This document shows positions 50,621 to 63,655 of a DNA stretch of 64,000 bases, piece after piece. The position numbers were made by a program, and so were the translations under genes. Within the stretch, counting starts at the first letter, position 1, and every line of letters starts with the position of its first letter. The notes under the pieces are model-generated. The model searched no databases. It was given only the letters and a program-made list of their open reading frames with translations, and was not told the DNA's origin. This DNA comes from Sphyrna mokarran (Eukaryota): contig JAGIQG010000023.1 in the NCBI GenBank assembly GCA_024679065.1, positions 44,516,001 through 44,580,000 on the forward strand, in the 5' to 3' direction.

Positions 50621-52779
50621 TCTTCTTACATATTTGCAAGAAGGTCATATGCCAGCATAAGTATACCTGGTTATGGAGTCAAATGAAGGGATGTACTATT
50701 ACAATAAAGTGCCTTTAGCAAATGGGTGGGAGCTTACCCTGTGAAAACAGGTATAAGGAGGACAATATACATGTTAGAGAGCGATAGAATACAGAGGAGA
50801 AATGGAAGGAAGCTTTGGATGGATCTCGGAGAGCTTGGAATGGGACCATGCAGAAATGGGAAGGGTGCTAACTATATTGTAATTAGGAGGAGTAGAATGA
50901 TGCAAGAACGATCTCCCTGAGGTATATTCAAGAACAGAAGCAGCAAAAGCGAAGTGTTCAACATGTCCAATCAAACATATTGAAGCAAGATGTCACACAG
51001 TGTCAGCCGGATTCCCAAATATAACCATGCTTTCAGAAAGACACCAAGTGGATTTTTGCCATCAGGAAAAGGATTCCTCATGATGCTCTTGCAAACAAAT
51101 TTCAAAAGTAGCAAGTACTTCAGATCCAGTTGCCTTATCTTTCCTCTTTATGTAATACGTAATCCTACTTGTGACACTAATTAATAAACTTAAAATATCG
51201 AAGTGAGTCATGTTCATAATGCTGTAAATTATTTTTGATCATATAAGTATGGAGAAAGACTGAATAGGATAGAAAAGGCCATATACTGGATCTTATTCTT
51301 TCAACTTTTCTCTTCATGCCAATATTTCTCCCAGTGTTCATTCACAGGTTTATTCCTTCCAGATGGCAACACAGACACAAATTATTGTTCAATCTTGTAT
51401 CCAAAAGGCTATTAACATCAGGTAGTTACACCATCATAACCACAACTGATTCTATCCTCATCAGTTTAGTATATATTACTGAATAATAACCTGAAGGAAA
51501 AATCTTCAATCTGCCTCCCACATTAAATCAAGATATGGAAGCTAATTTGATAGTCTCTACCCTGAACCCATTCCACTGCTGGGATCAGGAAACAGAGCTC
51601 AGAGCAGATAGTAAATCCAAATGGTTTGTGATTTGATAAGCTTCAAGTAGTGAATAGACACAGTACATCAACAGAGAGCTGTGCATCATTATTTTGGCAC
51701 AAACAAATCTCAAACTAAACATTTACACTGTTAATTCTGTATTTTAACTTACATCAGTAAAGATAACAACTGCAGAATAGCAGTAAAATCACAGCCTCAA
51801 TGGACAAATGAAGTGGGCAATTGTGGAACTGCTTAAGATGTCACTACTAAAAATTTTCTAACCAGTATTAATCAAATTAATTGCAACCCATCATAAAAAT
51901 CAATGAACATCCTACAGTACACACCTGTGAAAAGGTCTTGACCATACCAATGAACATAACAGAAAACTGGAAAAGAAAGTCAGCCAGCCAGAGCAACTCC
52001 CCTTGTGGTGTTGCATTTATCTTGGACCAGAATCAGAAGCAAATCCATGAGCAAGCCCTCTGACCTGCCTGCCTCCTCTGTAATAGGTGACCCATGATGT
52101 GAAATGTGAGACTGAGGTTAAAACGAATTGAGTAACAGCCATTTAATTAAAAACAATAGGGACAAAAAATTCTTGACTCAAGAAACATGGTTTCCTCCAA
52201 GCTACAGAAAGTGTGTGTGGCTGGGATGTCTGTGAGTGGCTCCATGCAAGAGTCTTCACCCAAAATATTAATGGGAGAAGCATCCCTGCACAGGCAGCCT
52301 TTCATTAGAACAAAGAACAAAAAAAGGGGCCCCATTTCTGCCAGACAGTAAGATAGAAGGAACATCAGAACATGTCTGGGAAGATACAAGTATGGAAATG
52401 GAAAAGTGCAGTGGTGCAGGAAACTATTCCATGCAAGATGAACTGCCACTTTTTGAATTACATATACTCAAGTTTGAAGTGAGAAGTATTTTCTAAAAGC
52501 CAAGACCATCCTAATCCTTTCCAGAATTTGTGCCAACTATTGAAAAAATCCCATTTTTTAAAGACACTTAAAGTCAAACCAAGTGTGGCAATACAAGTTA
52601 ATTGTCAAACAATGAGGTTGAAAGTAGCATGAAAGTAAAAGTATTGCCATAACCTCAGATTCCTTAACAGCAACATAACCTATTAGTTTATCCTTGAAAA
52701 ATTAGATTGTGATATTTTCCTTTTCTTTTACTGCATTTCTACTGACTTTTGGAAAAAAAGATGCAAGGATTGTCAAACA

Positions 52780-54850
52780 ACAATAGAACCATAGAAACGT
52801 TATGGCATAGAAGAGGCCATTCAGCCCACTGCGTCTGCACCAGGCAAATTGAAGAAAACAAATAAGCCATCACATTGCAGAACCTGGTCTGCAGCCTTGT
52901 AGCTTACAACACTCCAGATCAAGTCAGGTATCTTTTGAATGAGTTGAACATTTCAGCCTCAACCGCAATTCAGACATTGAATTTCAGATACCACAACCCT
53001 CAGGGTGGAAAGGTGGAAACCTCATGTCCCTTCTAATCCTCTACCAAGCACTTTAAATCAATGTCTCTAGTAACTGATCCCTCATCTTAGGGAGCAGATC
53101 TCACCTGTTAACCTTCAATTTTGTATACCTTAAGGTTACCTCTTAATCTCTTCTATTCAAAGAGAAACAACCCTAGCCTACCCAATCTTTGCTCACAGCT
53201 GCAAATTTCAAGTCCTGATAAATTCTTGTAAATCTCCTCTGCACTGTCTCCAGAGCAAGTGATTTAAACTACACACACTATTCCATCTGATCAGCATTTT
53301 ACATAGCTCCATCATTAAATCCCTCTTCAGTCTTCAATACCTTTCCCAATAGAGGAAAGCTTTTCATGTGTTTTCTTGATCTCCTTGTCCAACTGTCCTG
53401 CCACTTTTAGGGATCTGTTGATATGCACTTCAAAGTGTCTCACTTCCTCTCATCCTCTCACTAACTTCCTATTCACTCAGTATTTCCTTGCTTTGTTTGC
53501 CATCCCCAACTGCATTACCTCACACTTCCCTGGACTGAATTCCATTTGCCACTTTTCCACCCATTCAACCAAACCACTGACATCATTCTGGAGACAACAG
53601 CTATCCTCTTCACTAACTACACAGCCAATTTTTGTGCCATCTGCAAATTTCCCAATCATGCTCCCCACACTGAAGTGTAAATCATTGATAAATATAAATA
53701 GCAAGGACCCCAACACAGAAATGTGGAATGCCATTAGAAATCACTTTCCATTCACAAAAACATCCATCCAACATTATTCTGTTTTCTGTTGCTGAACCAA
53801 TTTTGGATCCATCTTGCCACCTACTGCTATAAAATTTCACTTTGGCCTGCCATGTGGAACCTCGTTACATGCCTTACTAAAATCCAGGTGAACAACATGC
53901 GTTGCACTACCCCCATCAACATTCATTTGCTTTCTCAAAACATTTGATTAAGTTAGCAAGACAATCCTCCCCGAAGAAAATCACAATGACTAGTCCTGAT
54001 CATACTGTGTCTAAGTGATGGTTTACCTTGTCTCTCCAAATTTATTCCAAAAATTTTCCCACTAGCAAAGTCAGACTGATCAGCCTACAATTTTTCTGGC
54101 CTATCACTCAGAACTCTGCCCACATCTTATGTATCAAAGCATAAGTTACCACGTGCATCATCATCTAGGAATTGAACAGACCCTATTCTCAAGCTGTTTA
54201 TGAAGTGGTGAAATTTGGTTTTCTTTGATTTTACACGCTAGTATTTTCTCATATCCTCTCTTTGCTTTCCTAATTTTACTTCATTACTCTACTTTCTATA
54301 CTTCAAAGCTTTTCACAATATGAAGCTTTTGATTGTCAATTTTTTTCCTGCAAAATCTTTCCTTTTACGCTTTTGGAAAGCCCAGGACCCTAGATTTGGC
54401 AATACCATTATTTTTCTTTGTGAGGTGTTGACTAAACTGTGCCCACAGAATCTCACCTGTTAAATGCCTGCCACTGATTTGATACACTTCTGTTCTAATA
54501 ACTGTATCCAGTTCACTTTTGAGTTCAGCTTGGTAAAAATTTGTCTTCCTCCAAATTAGAGCCTTTGCTCCTCTTCTATTTTTGTCCTTTTCTCATAATG
54601 ATGCTAAATCTAACTATATTATGGTCACTGCCTCCAAAGTGGTCGCATATCTATTTCTATTTTCACAAATTGCGCAGCTTAATTTTCTAAGATTAAATCT
54701 TGAATTGTGCCCCTTCTCAGTGGACTTGTTAAAAGGTAGCTAAAAAGTTCTCTTTAATGCAGTTCAAGAATTTTGTGCTCTCTGTGCTCTTCACACTGTT
54801 CCTATCCCTGTTGATATTACAGTACTTCAAGTCTCCAACTATTTCTGCCA
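52780..54850 (-). mobile_element. CR1 LINE ORF2 fragments plus tail
   Basis: Minus ORF 53477-53734 SVLGSLLFIFINDL..GKFADGTKIG..WVEKWQMEFSPGKCEVM; tail catagaaacgttatggcatagaagaggccattcagccc. Upstream part is more decayed. Confidence 0.85.
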
Positions 54851-56174
54851 ATATCAGAGACTACAGGGGACAATTTTCACCTCTTCAGGATCAGCTCAAA
54901 AGAAAATATTTATCTTCCTTGAAGCATCTCAAAAACATTTTGACATCAAAACTGATCTCTAGATTTAACAAAATAAAGCTCCCAAATAAAAGTCAGTATT
55001 TTCTATTGCTGATCTAAAAGCCAATTAAGAAAACATGTCACCATCTCAAATCAGTTGGAAGATGATACGACTGAGCCTGTCAGTTAGCGCACTAGATTCA
55101 ACCTGAGAAACCAAGTTTGAGTTGCTGATAGCCTAAAAGCTTCCATCTGCTCAATGCACCTGTATTTAAACTGGCAGAGCTGTTGTTATAGCAGCACCAG
55201 TGCACCACAGTGATTAAACATTTTTAATTAGAAAAGCAAAAACAAAATGATATATTTTTAGTCTGCATGAGAAGTAAATTTCAGATACCTCAAGCTTGAG
55301 ATGGAATTCAATACATGACATTCGAAAAATTAGTTAATTTTGTTAAGGGTTTGCAAATTCTACCATTAGCCGTAATGTCATAACTTTAATAACATTGTTC
55401 CTCTCTATGTATCAACTACCCTGATAATGGGTGCAGGGTATTTTGGGTTTGTGTTATTGTTCGGTTTGGTTTCTTAAAATATATACATCACCATTAGCAA
55501 ATCTTCTATTAGTGATCTTTTGTATCTATTGAAATTGCGCAGCTTGTCATTTTGATGACTCTCCTTTTATCTCTACCCAGATCACCCCACAACTAATCCC
55601 ATTCTGTTTAGATGGACAAGTTCCAAGGGACTGCTGAAGCATGCATGGAACTTAAGCTGTTAAAGCTGCACAGCTTATCAGCAGCAAATATTGCAAACAC
55701 TTCTTGTTGAAAGCTAGTGTATTTTTGGGAGGGTTCGAGCTCAGTAGCGAATTCACACAACAGACAAAATTTCCATGAATTCACTTCACCAGCAAGGTAT
55801 CCATGAGGTCCTACTATAAGGGTCCATTTTCTTCAAGACTTTAAAATAGCATTTTTTTGATTACCAGACAGATGCAAAATTCTAACATCCGTAAATAAGC
55901 ATGAGAATTCTCTGGTTTAAAACTTCTGCAGCTCAAACTTTTAAATTACCTTACAAATTAAATCACATCAAGACACATTTTCAGGAGCTGGAAAAGATGA
56001 ACCTGAATTGATGTAACTTATTTTGTGTCTGCTCATATTTCACAGAGCTCATGGACCATTAGCAATATTACACCAGCCATCCTCTTTAATGATTATTACA
56101 CAAATTAAGTGTCTATCCCTTAATGTACAGGATTTCATATAAATGTTTATGCTCAATACTGCTGTCATAGTGGA

Positions 56175-56808
56175 GGACACACCCCATCTATATCAAGGAA
56201 TGAAGTGGAAGTGGTCAAGAGCTTCACATTTCTCGTGCCCAAATCACCAACAACCTGTCCTAATCCCTCAGGTCGAAGCTCTACTTAAGAAACACCACCA
56301 ACACCTCTACTTTCTCAGGAGGAAAAGGTCATTTGGTATAGCCGCTACAATTCTCACCGCCTTTTAAGATGCGCCATAGGAAGCATTCTTTCTGGTTGTA
56401 ACACAGTTTGGCATGGCTCCTGCCCCGTCCAAGATTTCAAGAAACTTGAACGAATCCCAGTCCATCACACAAACCACCCTCCTCCTATCAACTGAATCGG
56501 CAAAGCAGCCAGCATAATTAAGGACTCCCGCACCACAGATGTTGACTGCGCCACCTTCTTCCGTTGGGAAAAAGATACAAAAGTCTGAAGTCATGTGCCA
56601 ACTGACTCAAGAACAGCTTCTTCCCTACTGCTATCAGACTTTTGAATAGACTTAGCTCACGTGAAATTGATCTTTTTCTACATCCTAGCTATGACTATAA
56701 CACTACATCTCTCCTTTCCTTCTCTATGTACAATATGCTCTCTGTACAGCATGCAAGAAACAATACTTTTCATTGTATACTCATAGATGTGACAATAAAT
56801 CAAATAAA
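56175..56808 (+). mobile_element. Rex1/Babar-clade LINE 3' end
   Basis: KKHHQHLYFLRRKRSFGIAATILTAF resembles Rex1-type KKAHQRLYFLRRL.KFG; continues SILSGCNTVWHGSC; tail gacaataaatcaaat. Confidence 0.8.
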
Positions 56809-58359
56809 GCTGAAAAGGAACATTTTATGATTTTCATGCTAACTTTGAATATACAGGAAGAAGCAAACTCTTTAGAAAAATAACCAACAACACAAACATG
56901 AAATTATCCTTGCAAAGTTAACCTCATTCTTGAAATTTAGAGTGATTACATACCAGATTCGTTCTCATCCAAGCTGGCATGCCAAGCATCCACATAATAT
57001 TGAGACAGTCACAACTGAGTTGAGGGTATTTGGAATAAAGGCAAATCTTTCAATAATAGTACAGCACTTTTAAATGATACCGTGTCAAACTGCAAACACT
57101 TTGAACAAGATGACGAGACTTCCAAATTGTTACTTTTGAAGTGTGCCAAGTATTCACTGGCATTTGGATCATAAATTCAAGTCAAATGCTATAAATATTG
57201 TTCTGTAATGCAGAAACAATTCATTGCAGGTTTGAGCTAAAGAATAAGGTATAATTGGAACTTTTAACAAATATATTCTAAAATAATTCTATTCAAAAGG
57301 TCTGTCAGCACTAGCATTTAGATGGCCATGTGGATTGGCTGAATGCCTGCTCTTTCCTCCGTGCCAGAGATCTTGGCTTACTCTGGATCACAAAGCAGGG
57401 CACTGAGCAAAGGATGAGATATATTCGGTACATTGAGGCTAACAAGGACTACGATATTCTACTAAATTGTATGCTGTAAATTGAGTCAAATAGATTTCAC
57501 AATAAAATCAACTGCTGCTTCCTGGGTTGAGGACATGGGATGTAAAACTGATTCCAAATTCATGAGTAGTTGGCATATCAACAGTATCAGATACTGAATC
57601 TTGGCAAGTGGTCATTCTTTCACAAGCAATCATAACTCTACAATGCACTACTAGAACTAGTGGCTAGCTTTAACTCCAAGTGTTGGAGATAGGACTTGAT
57701 AATAAATGGATTCAAAGACGTTGACGTGCAGTCCATTATTTTAATTAAAAGAAACTAGTTCATTCCATTTGTTGAAACTTATCTTTATAATCAAGAGTTT
57801 TATTTTCTCCAGCTTCAGAATTGAGGGTGGGTGTGGATTTAAGGCAGCAATATAATAAATTGTGATAGAATCAAAGTTTGTGGATTCTTTTGGGTGCTTG
57901 AGGTGGAGATCGACATCTAAAGCTCTTGGCATGTCAGGGCTTCTGGCACAAGTGTAGCAGGGGTATAGACTATGCATGATGAATTCCAGGTTCCCTTTGA
58001 CAGCTGAGGAAACGGCACCAAAAATGTTACCCATGAGGCTAGGTGTACATCATCAAAGCCAACTGCAAACACCACATGATGAGGTTAGCCCACATGTGGC
58101 AGCTGTTGTTAGCTCCACACAGCTTGAGATCAGAGAAGCCAATGGGGTGCTGGGCTCAGAAAATCATTAGAAATGATAGCTTCGTGCTCCTGGAGAGTGG
58201 GGGCTCAGAGAAATTTTGGAACAGTTGTCACCTCATTGGAGCTAGCAGTTGGGGAAAAGTGTAGCCCATGGTGAACAGTGATGGTTTGCTCAGCACAGCT
58301 AGAAAGTTGGTATCATTTAAGTGGTGAAATGCTAAGTTGTGACCTGGTCAACCCAACAG

Positions 58360-58994
58360 GATGTGGAGATGCCAACACTGGACTGGGAAAAACACAGTAA
58401 AAAGTCTGACAACACCAGGTTAAAGTCCAACAAGTTTATTTGGGAGCAAAATCCGCTAGCTTTCAGAGTGCCGCCCTTTCATCAGATGAGTGGGAATTCT
58501 ATTCACAAACAGAGCATATAAAGACACAAACTCAATTTACAAAATAATGATTGGAATGCAAAAAGGTACAGACATGAATGGAGAGAGCGTTAAGCATACA
58601 TTAAAGAGATGTATATTGTCTTCAGGCAGGACAGTTAGTGAGATTTTGCAAGCCCAGGCAAGTCATTATGGAAGTTACAGATAGTGCAATATGAACCCAA
58701 GGTCCTGATTGAGGCCATCCTCATGCGTGCGGAACTTGGCTATCAGTCTCTGCTCTGGGTGTCGTGAAGGCTGCCTTATAGAATGCTTACCCAAAGATCA
58801 GGGGCCAAAGGCCCATGACCATTGAAGTGTTCCCCAACAGGAAGAGAACAGTCTTGCCTGGTGATTATCGAGTAACGTTCATTCATCCATTATTGTTGTG
58901 TCTGCATGGTCTCCCTAATGTACCATGCGTCAGGACATCCTTTCCTGCAGCATATCAAGTAGACAACGTTGGCCGAGTTGCAAGAGTATGCAAC
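58360..58994 (-). mobile_element. Penelope-like element 3' end: GIY-YIG endonuclease plus terminal repeat
   Basis: Minus translation YSCNSANVVYLICCRKGCPDAWYIRETMQTQQ*WMNE..SLPVGEHFNGHG (VYLI...YIG-type motif with an in-frame stop); terminal sequence shared with 5404-5530. Confidence 0.85.
58453..58488 (-). ncRNA. Minimal type-I hammerhead ribozyme motif in the Penelope terminal repeat (mutated)
   Basis: CAU-CUGAUGA-AAGGGCGGCACUCU-GAAA-GCUA-GCG; core intact, mismatches in stems I and II. Confidence 0.6.
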
Positions 58995-59832
58995 CCAACA
59001 GATAGCAGTCTTGGACAAGGTGATTGAGTAGCTGGGAGATAAGTAGTCAGGGAAGTCATAATAACTTCCTTCAGTCCTATTACCACTGTCACCACATCCC
59101 CTCCACACCTAACACCTCTAATTCTCCAACATCGATCTGTTGGATAGCCCCAATTATACTGTCACATCACTGACAACTGTGTTTTCACCTAACCCAAGGT
59201 TCAAAGCTCTAAATTTCCCTTTTTAAAACTCTAAGACATTTGGTCAAAATGCCCTTCTGACCAAGCTTTTGGTTTGCCTTTTACATGGCTTGATGACCAA
59301 TTCTGTCAGATCATGTGGTTTCATCCTTCTGCCCTTCAAGTAGCTCTAAACACCTCCTGCATCTTCATTCCTACAAAAACACTCCAACAGCAGCTCCCCA
59401 ATACTCTAACTTGAAACAGCTTCCGATTTTTTTACTGTTTCCAAATACAGATAACAGCTCCTTGATACTGTATGCCCACCCCAGTACATATCCATCTTAG
59501 TCATGTCCTCATCACCAGATATACCCTGGGCATTGCTCTTTACTCCCCAAGCTTTGATCTGCTTTGAACAATTCTCCTTGTTCAATCCCTCTCACCTCTC
59601 TCTCAAAATCATCCGTGGATGGGATTCAAACATGGGAATTCTTTGAAAACAAGAGCCAGATTTGGAAAGTGACAATAATCTCAAGTATTTTAGAGAAGAA
59701 AGGGACATTGGAGATTAGATAGTCATTTACAATATACAGGGATCAAAAGTTGAGTGCACAACAGGGGTGATGACATCACATTGAAAGCAAAGCCAAAAAC
59801 ACCCAGTGAGAGAATCATTTACAATATTAACA

Positions 59833-59844
59833 GGGGGGGGGGGG
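59833..59844 (+). repeat. G12 homopolymer
   Basis: Direct reading. Confidence 0.9.
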
Positions 59845-60101
59845 ACCAGGAGGACAAGTTCAGTTTAAATTTTCCTTTCATGTTAATAACTTATCATTTT
59901 TAAATTTTTTAAAATAAAATTTTATTTGAATTCTATGCTTCTGAGATCAATTCCTCCTCGTTTTCAGAATGCAAACAGATTATTTTATGTGCAGGAAGAC
60001 GATTTTCCTTCTGCGATTTAGCTTGCTTAGCAAATAATATCTGCTGTCGTCATAACATTATTCTTATCTACCCAATTACCATTGAATAATTTTCAAGAGT
60101 C

Positions 60102-60340
60102 AAAAGTAAAATAGCGTGGATACTGGAATCTGAAACAAAACATAGAAAATGCTGCAAAATCATTTGCAAGTCTGACAGCATCTGTAGAGAGAAAATAGAG
60201 TCGACATTAGTCAGGATGACCCCTCTTCAGAACTGGACGAAGCTCTGATCAAGGGTCATTCTGACTTGAAACGTTAACTTCTTTCTCTCTCCACGGATGC
60301 TGTCAGGCCTGCTGAAATAGTGCGGCATTTCCTGAATTTG
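60102..60340. mobile_element. Penelope-terminus fold-back element (family 2) with two decayed hammerhead motifs
   Basis: Inverted arms (ctgacagcatctgtagagagaaa / tttctctctccacggatgctgtcag). Plus strand CUGAUCA-AGGGUCAUUCUGACUU-GAAA-CGUU-AAC at 60245-60278; minus strand GUU-CUGAAGA-GGGGUCAUCCUGACU. Confidence 0.7.
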
Positions 60341-60344
60341 CAAA

Positions 60345-61340
60345 TGCTTCTCTCCCTACTCCCTTCCTTCCTCTATCTCCCGAGGATTGATGCACGGTCG
60401 CCTCCTGTTTCTCTGCTACATGTTGCCCCTTGGCAAATCTATTTGAAGGTACACCATTAGTCTTCACATGTACATTGACAACACCTAGCTCTATCTCACT
60501 GCCACCCTTCTCAACTTCACCACTGTTGCTGAACTATCAAACTCTGCTTATCTGACATTCAATACTGAATTAGATGTTTTACAATCAAACATTGCCGAAG
60601 AAAGACACCACTGCTTTCGGTCCTGCTCCAAACTCTGTTCCCCAGCTAGTGGTCCCATCCTTCTACTCAGCAACAAGGCCTCACATCGCCATGGACCTGG
60701 GTTCAATTCCGAGCTTGGGTCACTATCTGCGTGGATTCTGCACGTTTTCCCTCCGTCTGCATGGGTTTCCTTTGGGTGCTCCAGTTTCCCCTCATAGTCC
60801 GAAAGATATGCTGGTTAGGTACATTCAGCCATGCTAAATTCTACCTTAGTGAACTCGAATAGGTGCCAGAATGTGGTGACTGGGGGATTTTCACAGTAAC
60901 TTCATTGCAATGTTAACCTAAGTCTACTTCTGACTAATAAATAAACTTTAAACTTTCAGTTCTCTCAGAATCTTGGCATCACATGATCCAAGATGCACAT
61001 CTAATACCATTTTTGCGCCACTGGTTAAAACTGTTTATTTCCTCATTTTTAGAGGCCTCTATATTCCATTATCATGTAATCTGAATATGAGATAGCTGCT
61101 CCTCTAACTCTGGTACCTTATGCACTGCCAGTTTTAATTGCTCCACCACTGATACCATTGCTGCTGTTCTGTGAACCCCAAGCTTTGGAATACCAGCCCA
61201 ACAGCTCACTAATTCACTTCCTTCCATTGAAGCATTGCTTGAATCCAAGCTTTCGGTCATCAGATATAATACCTTCTTATGGGGCTCGGTGTCATAATTT
61301 GTTTTACAATGTTCCTTTGAAGTGCTTTGGACATTTTATT
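60345..61340 (+). mobile_element. Degenerate L2-like RT/3' fragments, interrupted by a V-SINE
   Basis: cttcacatgtacattgacaacacctagctctat (HMY.D.TQLY-like) and tail tgaagtgctttggacattttatt. Confidence 0.55.
60678..60956 (+). mobile_element. V-SINE with tRNA-like B-box and non-CR1 tail
   Basis: GGGTTCAATTCC at 60699-60710, V-domain, tail ttcacagtaacttcattgcaatgttaa..ctaataaataaactttaaacttt. Confidence 0.85.
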
Positions 61341-61634
61341 ACCTCTATTCCCTGGAAGTACCCCAGATGATGCACGCAGAAGAACCCAGGCAAGGATTGC
61401 AGAGAAATTGCCTTGGAACTTTCTATTTCTGCTGAGCAGTCACCCTCAATCTGGAACACTCAAACTGATTTAAAGTCAGTGAGATTTCAGATGGTTCAAA
61501 CTCTCCTAGCAGAACCAGGAAAGGTTAGAAGGAATAAAGCAGTTATAATTCCTGAGCAACTATACTAATTCCATGAGTAACCACACACCCCGAAACATAC
61601 TCTTTCGTGACAGAAGAACATGGAAAAATGAAAG

Positions 61635-61968
61635 AAAAGTCTGAGATCACATACCAACTCAAGAACAGTAATTTCACAGCAATTTTTGCATAGTAACTTC
61701 ATTGCAATGTTAATGTAAGCTTTGGTAAGACACTAATAAACAAACTTCAACAACTTTAAAAAGAACACTGCTTCCCTGCTGCTTTCAGACTTTTGAATGG
61801 ACCTACCTTGCATTAAGTTGATCTTTCTCTACATCCTAGCTATGACTGTAACATTACGTTCTGCACTCTCCTTTCCTTCTCTATAAACGGTATGTTTTGT
61901 ATGTACAGCACACAAGAAATAATACTTTTCACTGTACGTTAAGACACATGACAAGAATAAATAAAATC
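61635..61968 (+). mobile_element. Rex1/Babar 3' tail with a nested SINE-tail fragment (~61670-61760)
   Basis: Matches 56575-56808; the insert gtaacttcattgcaatgttaatgtaagc..ctaataaacaaact matches 60896-60950. Confidence 0.75.
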
Positions 61969-62669
61969 TGAATGCTCCCACCTATCATACATGCTTATTT
62001 TCTCTCCCAAGGGAGTAACTGGGACATTTAAACCTAATGGAACATTACAGGTAGTGCTGGACAAAGAGGGCGTGTCTTCATTTCATCCAAAAATCTTACG
62101 GGCTTAAAGAGGAGCTGCGCGACATATGTCACAGTAGGTCCAGATTGGACAGCCTGGCAAGAAACAGGAAGCTAAGTAAAAAAGCAGAGTAGCAATCCAA
62201 CAATGATTGCCACTCCATGGAAAATATAGCCTACAGTGTCAGAAAAACATCAGGCAATACTATTAACTGGCATTTCCTATTCTATCATTCTCAAAATGGA
62301 AAACTTGGACGTCAGTTATGACTGAAATACTACTAAATGTACAATTCTGGTGATATTATGGATTGCCTTTGATTTATTGGATGGCAGAGTTAGGCAGAAA
62401 AAGCAAATCACTCAAACATGTTGAAGATTGGAAAATTGTGTTCTAAATTTATTCCCATGGCACCACTGACTGAATTATCCCAGCCATCTTAAACACAACA
62501 TAACATCCAGGACAAGAAATCAGAAGTACATCTAGACCAAATCCAAAACAGTATTAAGCAAGCGTCACACAGCATAACAAAAATAAGAATATTCCTCCTC
62601 AGTTCACATGTGAAAAAATTTATGTTAGGCTCTAGTACCTTAGCCTTAAACACATTATCCGATGTGGAC

Positions 62670-62790
62670 TCTGCCATACATATTAGAAGGTCCCAGATTT
62701 GATCACATAACCTGCACCAAGTTATCTCAGTCAATATGGCAGTTGAGTTTAACAACTGGCCTCAGCATTCAGAACTAAGAAAAAAAAGCA
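62670..62790 (+). mobile_element. LF-SINE-like remnant
   Basis: aaggtcccagatttgatc..atctcag..acaactggcctcagc resembles the recalled LF-SINE 5' part. Confidence 0.4.
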
Positions 62791-63494
62791 AAACAAACAA
62801 AACAAAAAGCTACCATTTGATTTGAGAACATTTTTGCAATGGCACATCAGCATCAGACTGCATTTAAGAGCAAATTATCTATTTGGCTGGATTTACAAAT
62901 TAGAATGGGGAAGGGGCACAGAAGAAAGAGGAAAAGCTTGGCACATATGTTGTAACAGTTCTCCAATGTCCCTGCCCTTTGGTACCAGTCTATAACTTGT
63001 ATAGCGTCATTAACGTAATGAAACATCCCAAAGTGTTTTCCATAGTCACCCACGTGGGGTAATTGGCTTGCCCTGCCCCTTGATGTTGAATTTTCTGGCA
63101 GGTGGTCCCCATGCTGTTGAGCTCAGCACAATGAAATACCTTGTTTGTGATTTTGTTCTGCCATCAAAAATCGCATGATGAACCTTAGGTGTCTTTGGCT
63201 GCTTTAAAGCTTTGAAGTTGCACCTGTAGCAGCCACAAATCCGGCGCCAAACAGCATGTGCTAAGTGCAATGGTCTGGCACAGTTACTTCTTAAACAATA
63301 CATGAAACTTAGGTAAAGGAGAGCAATTGAGGCTGCAAAGTAGTACAGATCCGTAGAAGAAAAAAACTTGGAATCTTTCATGAGCTTAGTACATCCTCAA
63401 GCACTTTACAACAAACTTTCTCAGGACAGTCACTGTTGCATCGAACATCCTTGCACTATGCATGGCCTATGTGTTGCACTGCAATATTTCTTTA

Positions 63495-63655
63495 AGACAT
63501 AGAACATTATAGCACAGTACAGGGCCTTTCAGTCCTTGATGTTACGCCAACCTGCGAAACCAATCTAAAACCTATCTAATCTATACTATTCCAATATCAT
63601 CCATATGTTTATCCAATGACCATTTAAGTGCCCTTAATGTTTGCACTGCCATGGT
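63495..63655 (-). mobile_element. CR1/HER1 3' tail
   Basis: catagaacattatagcacagtacagggccttt..tttatccaatgaccatttaagtgccctt. Confidence 0.8.

Noticed and set aside
60678-60720. tRNA gene
   Set aside because: The B-box belongs to a SINE head; no cloverleaf and the A-box is missing.
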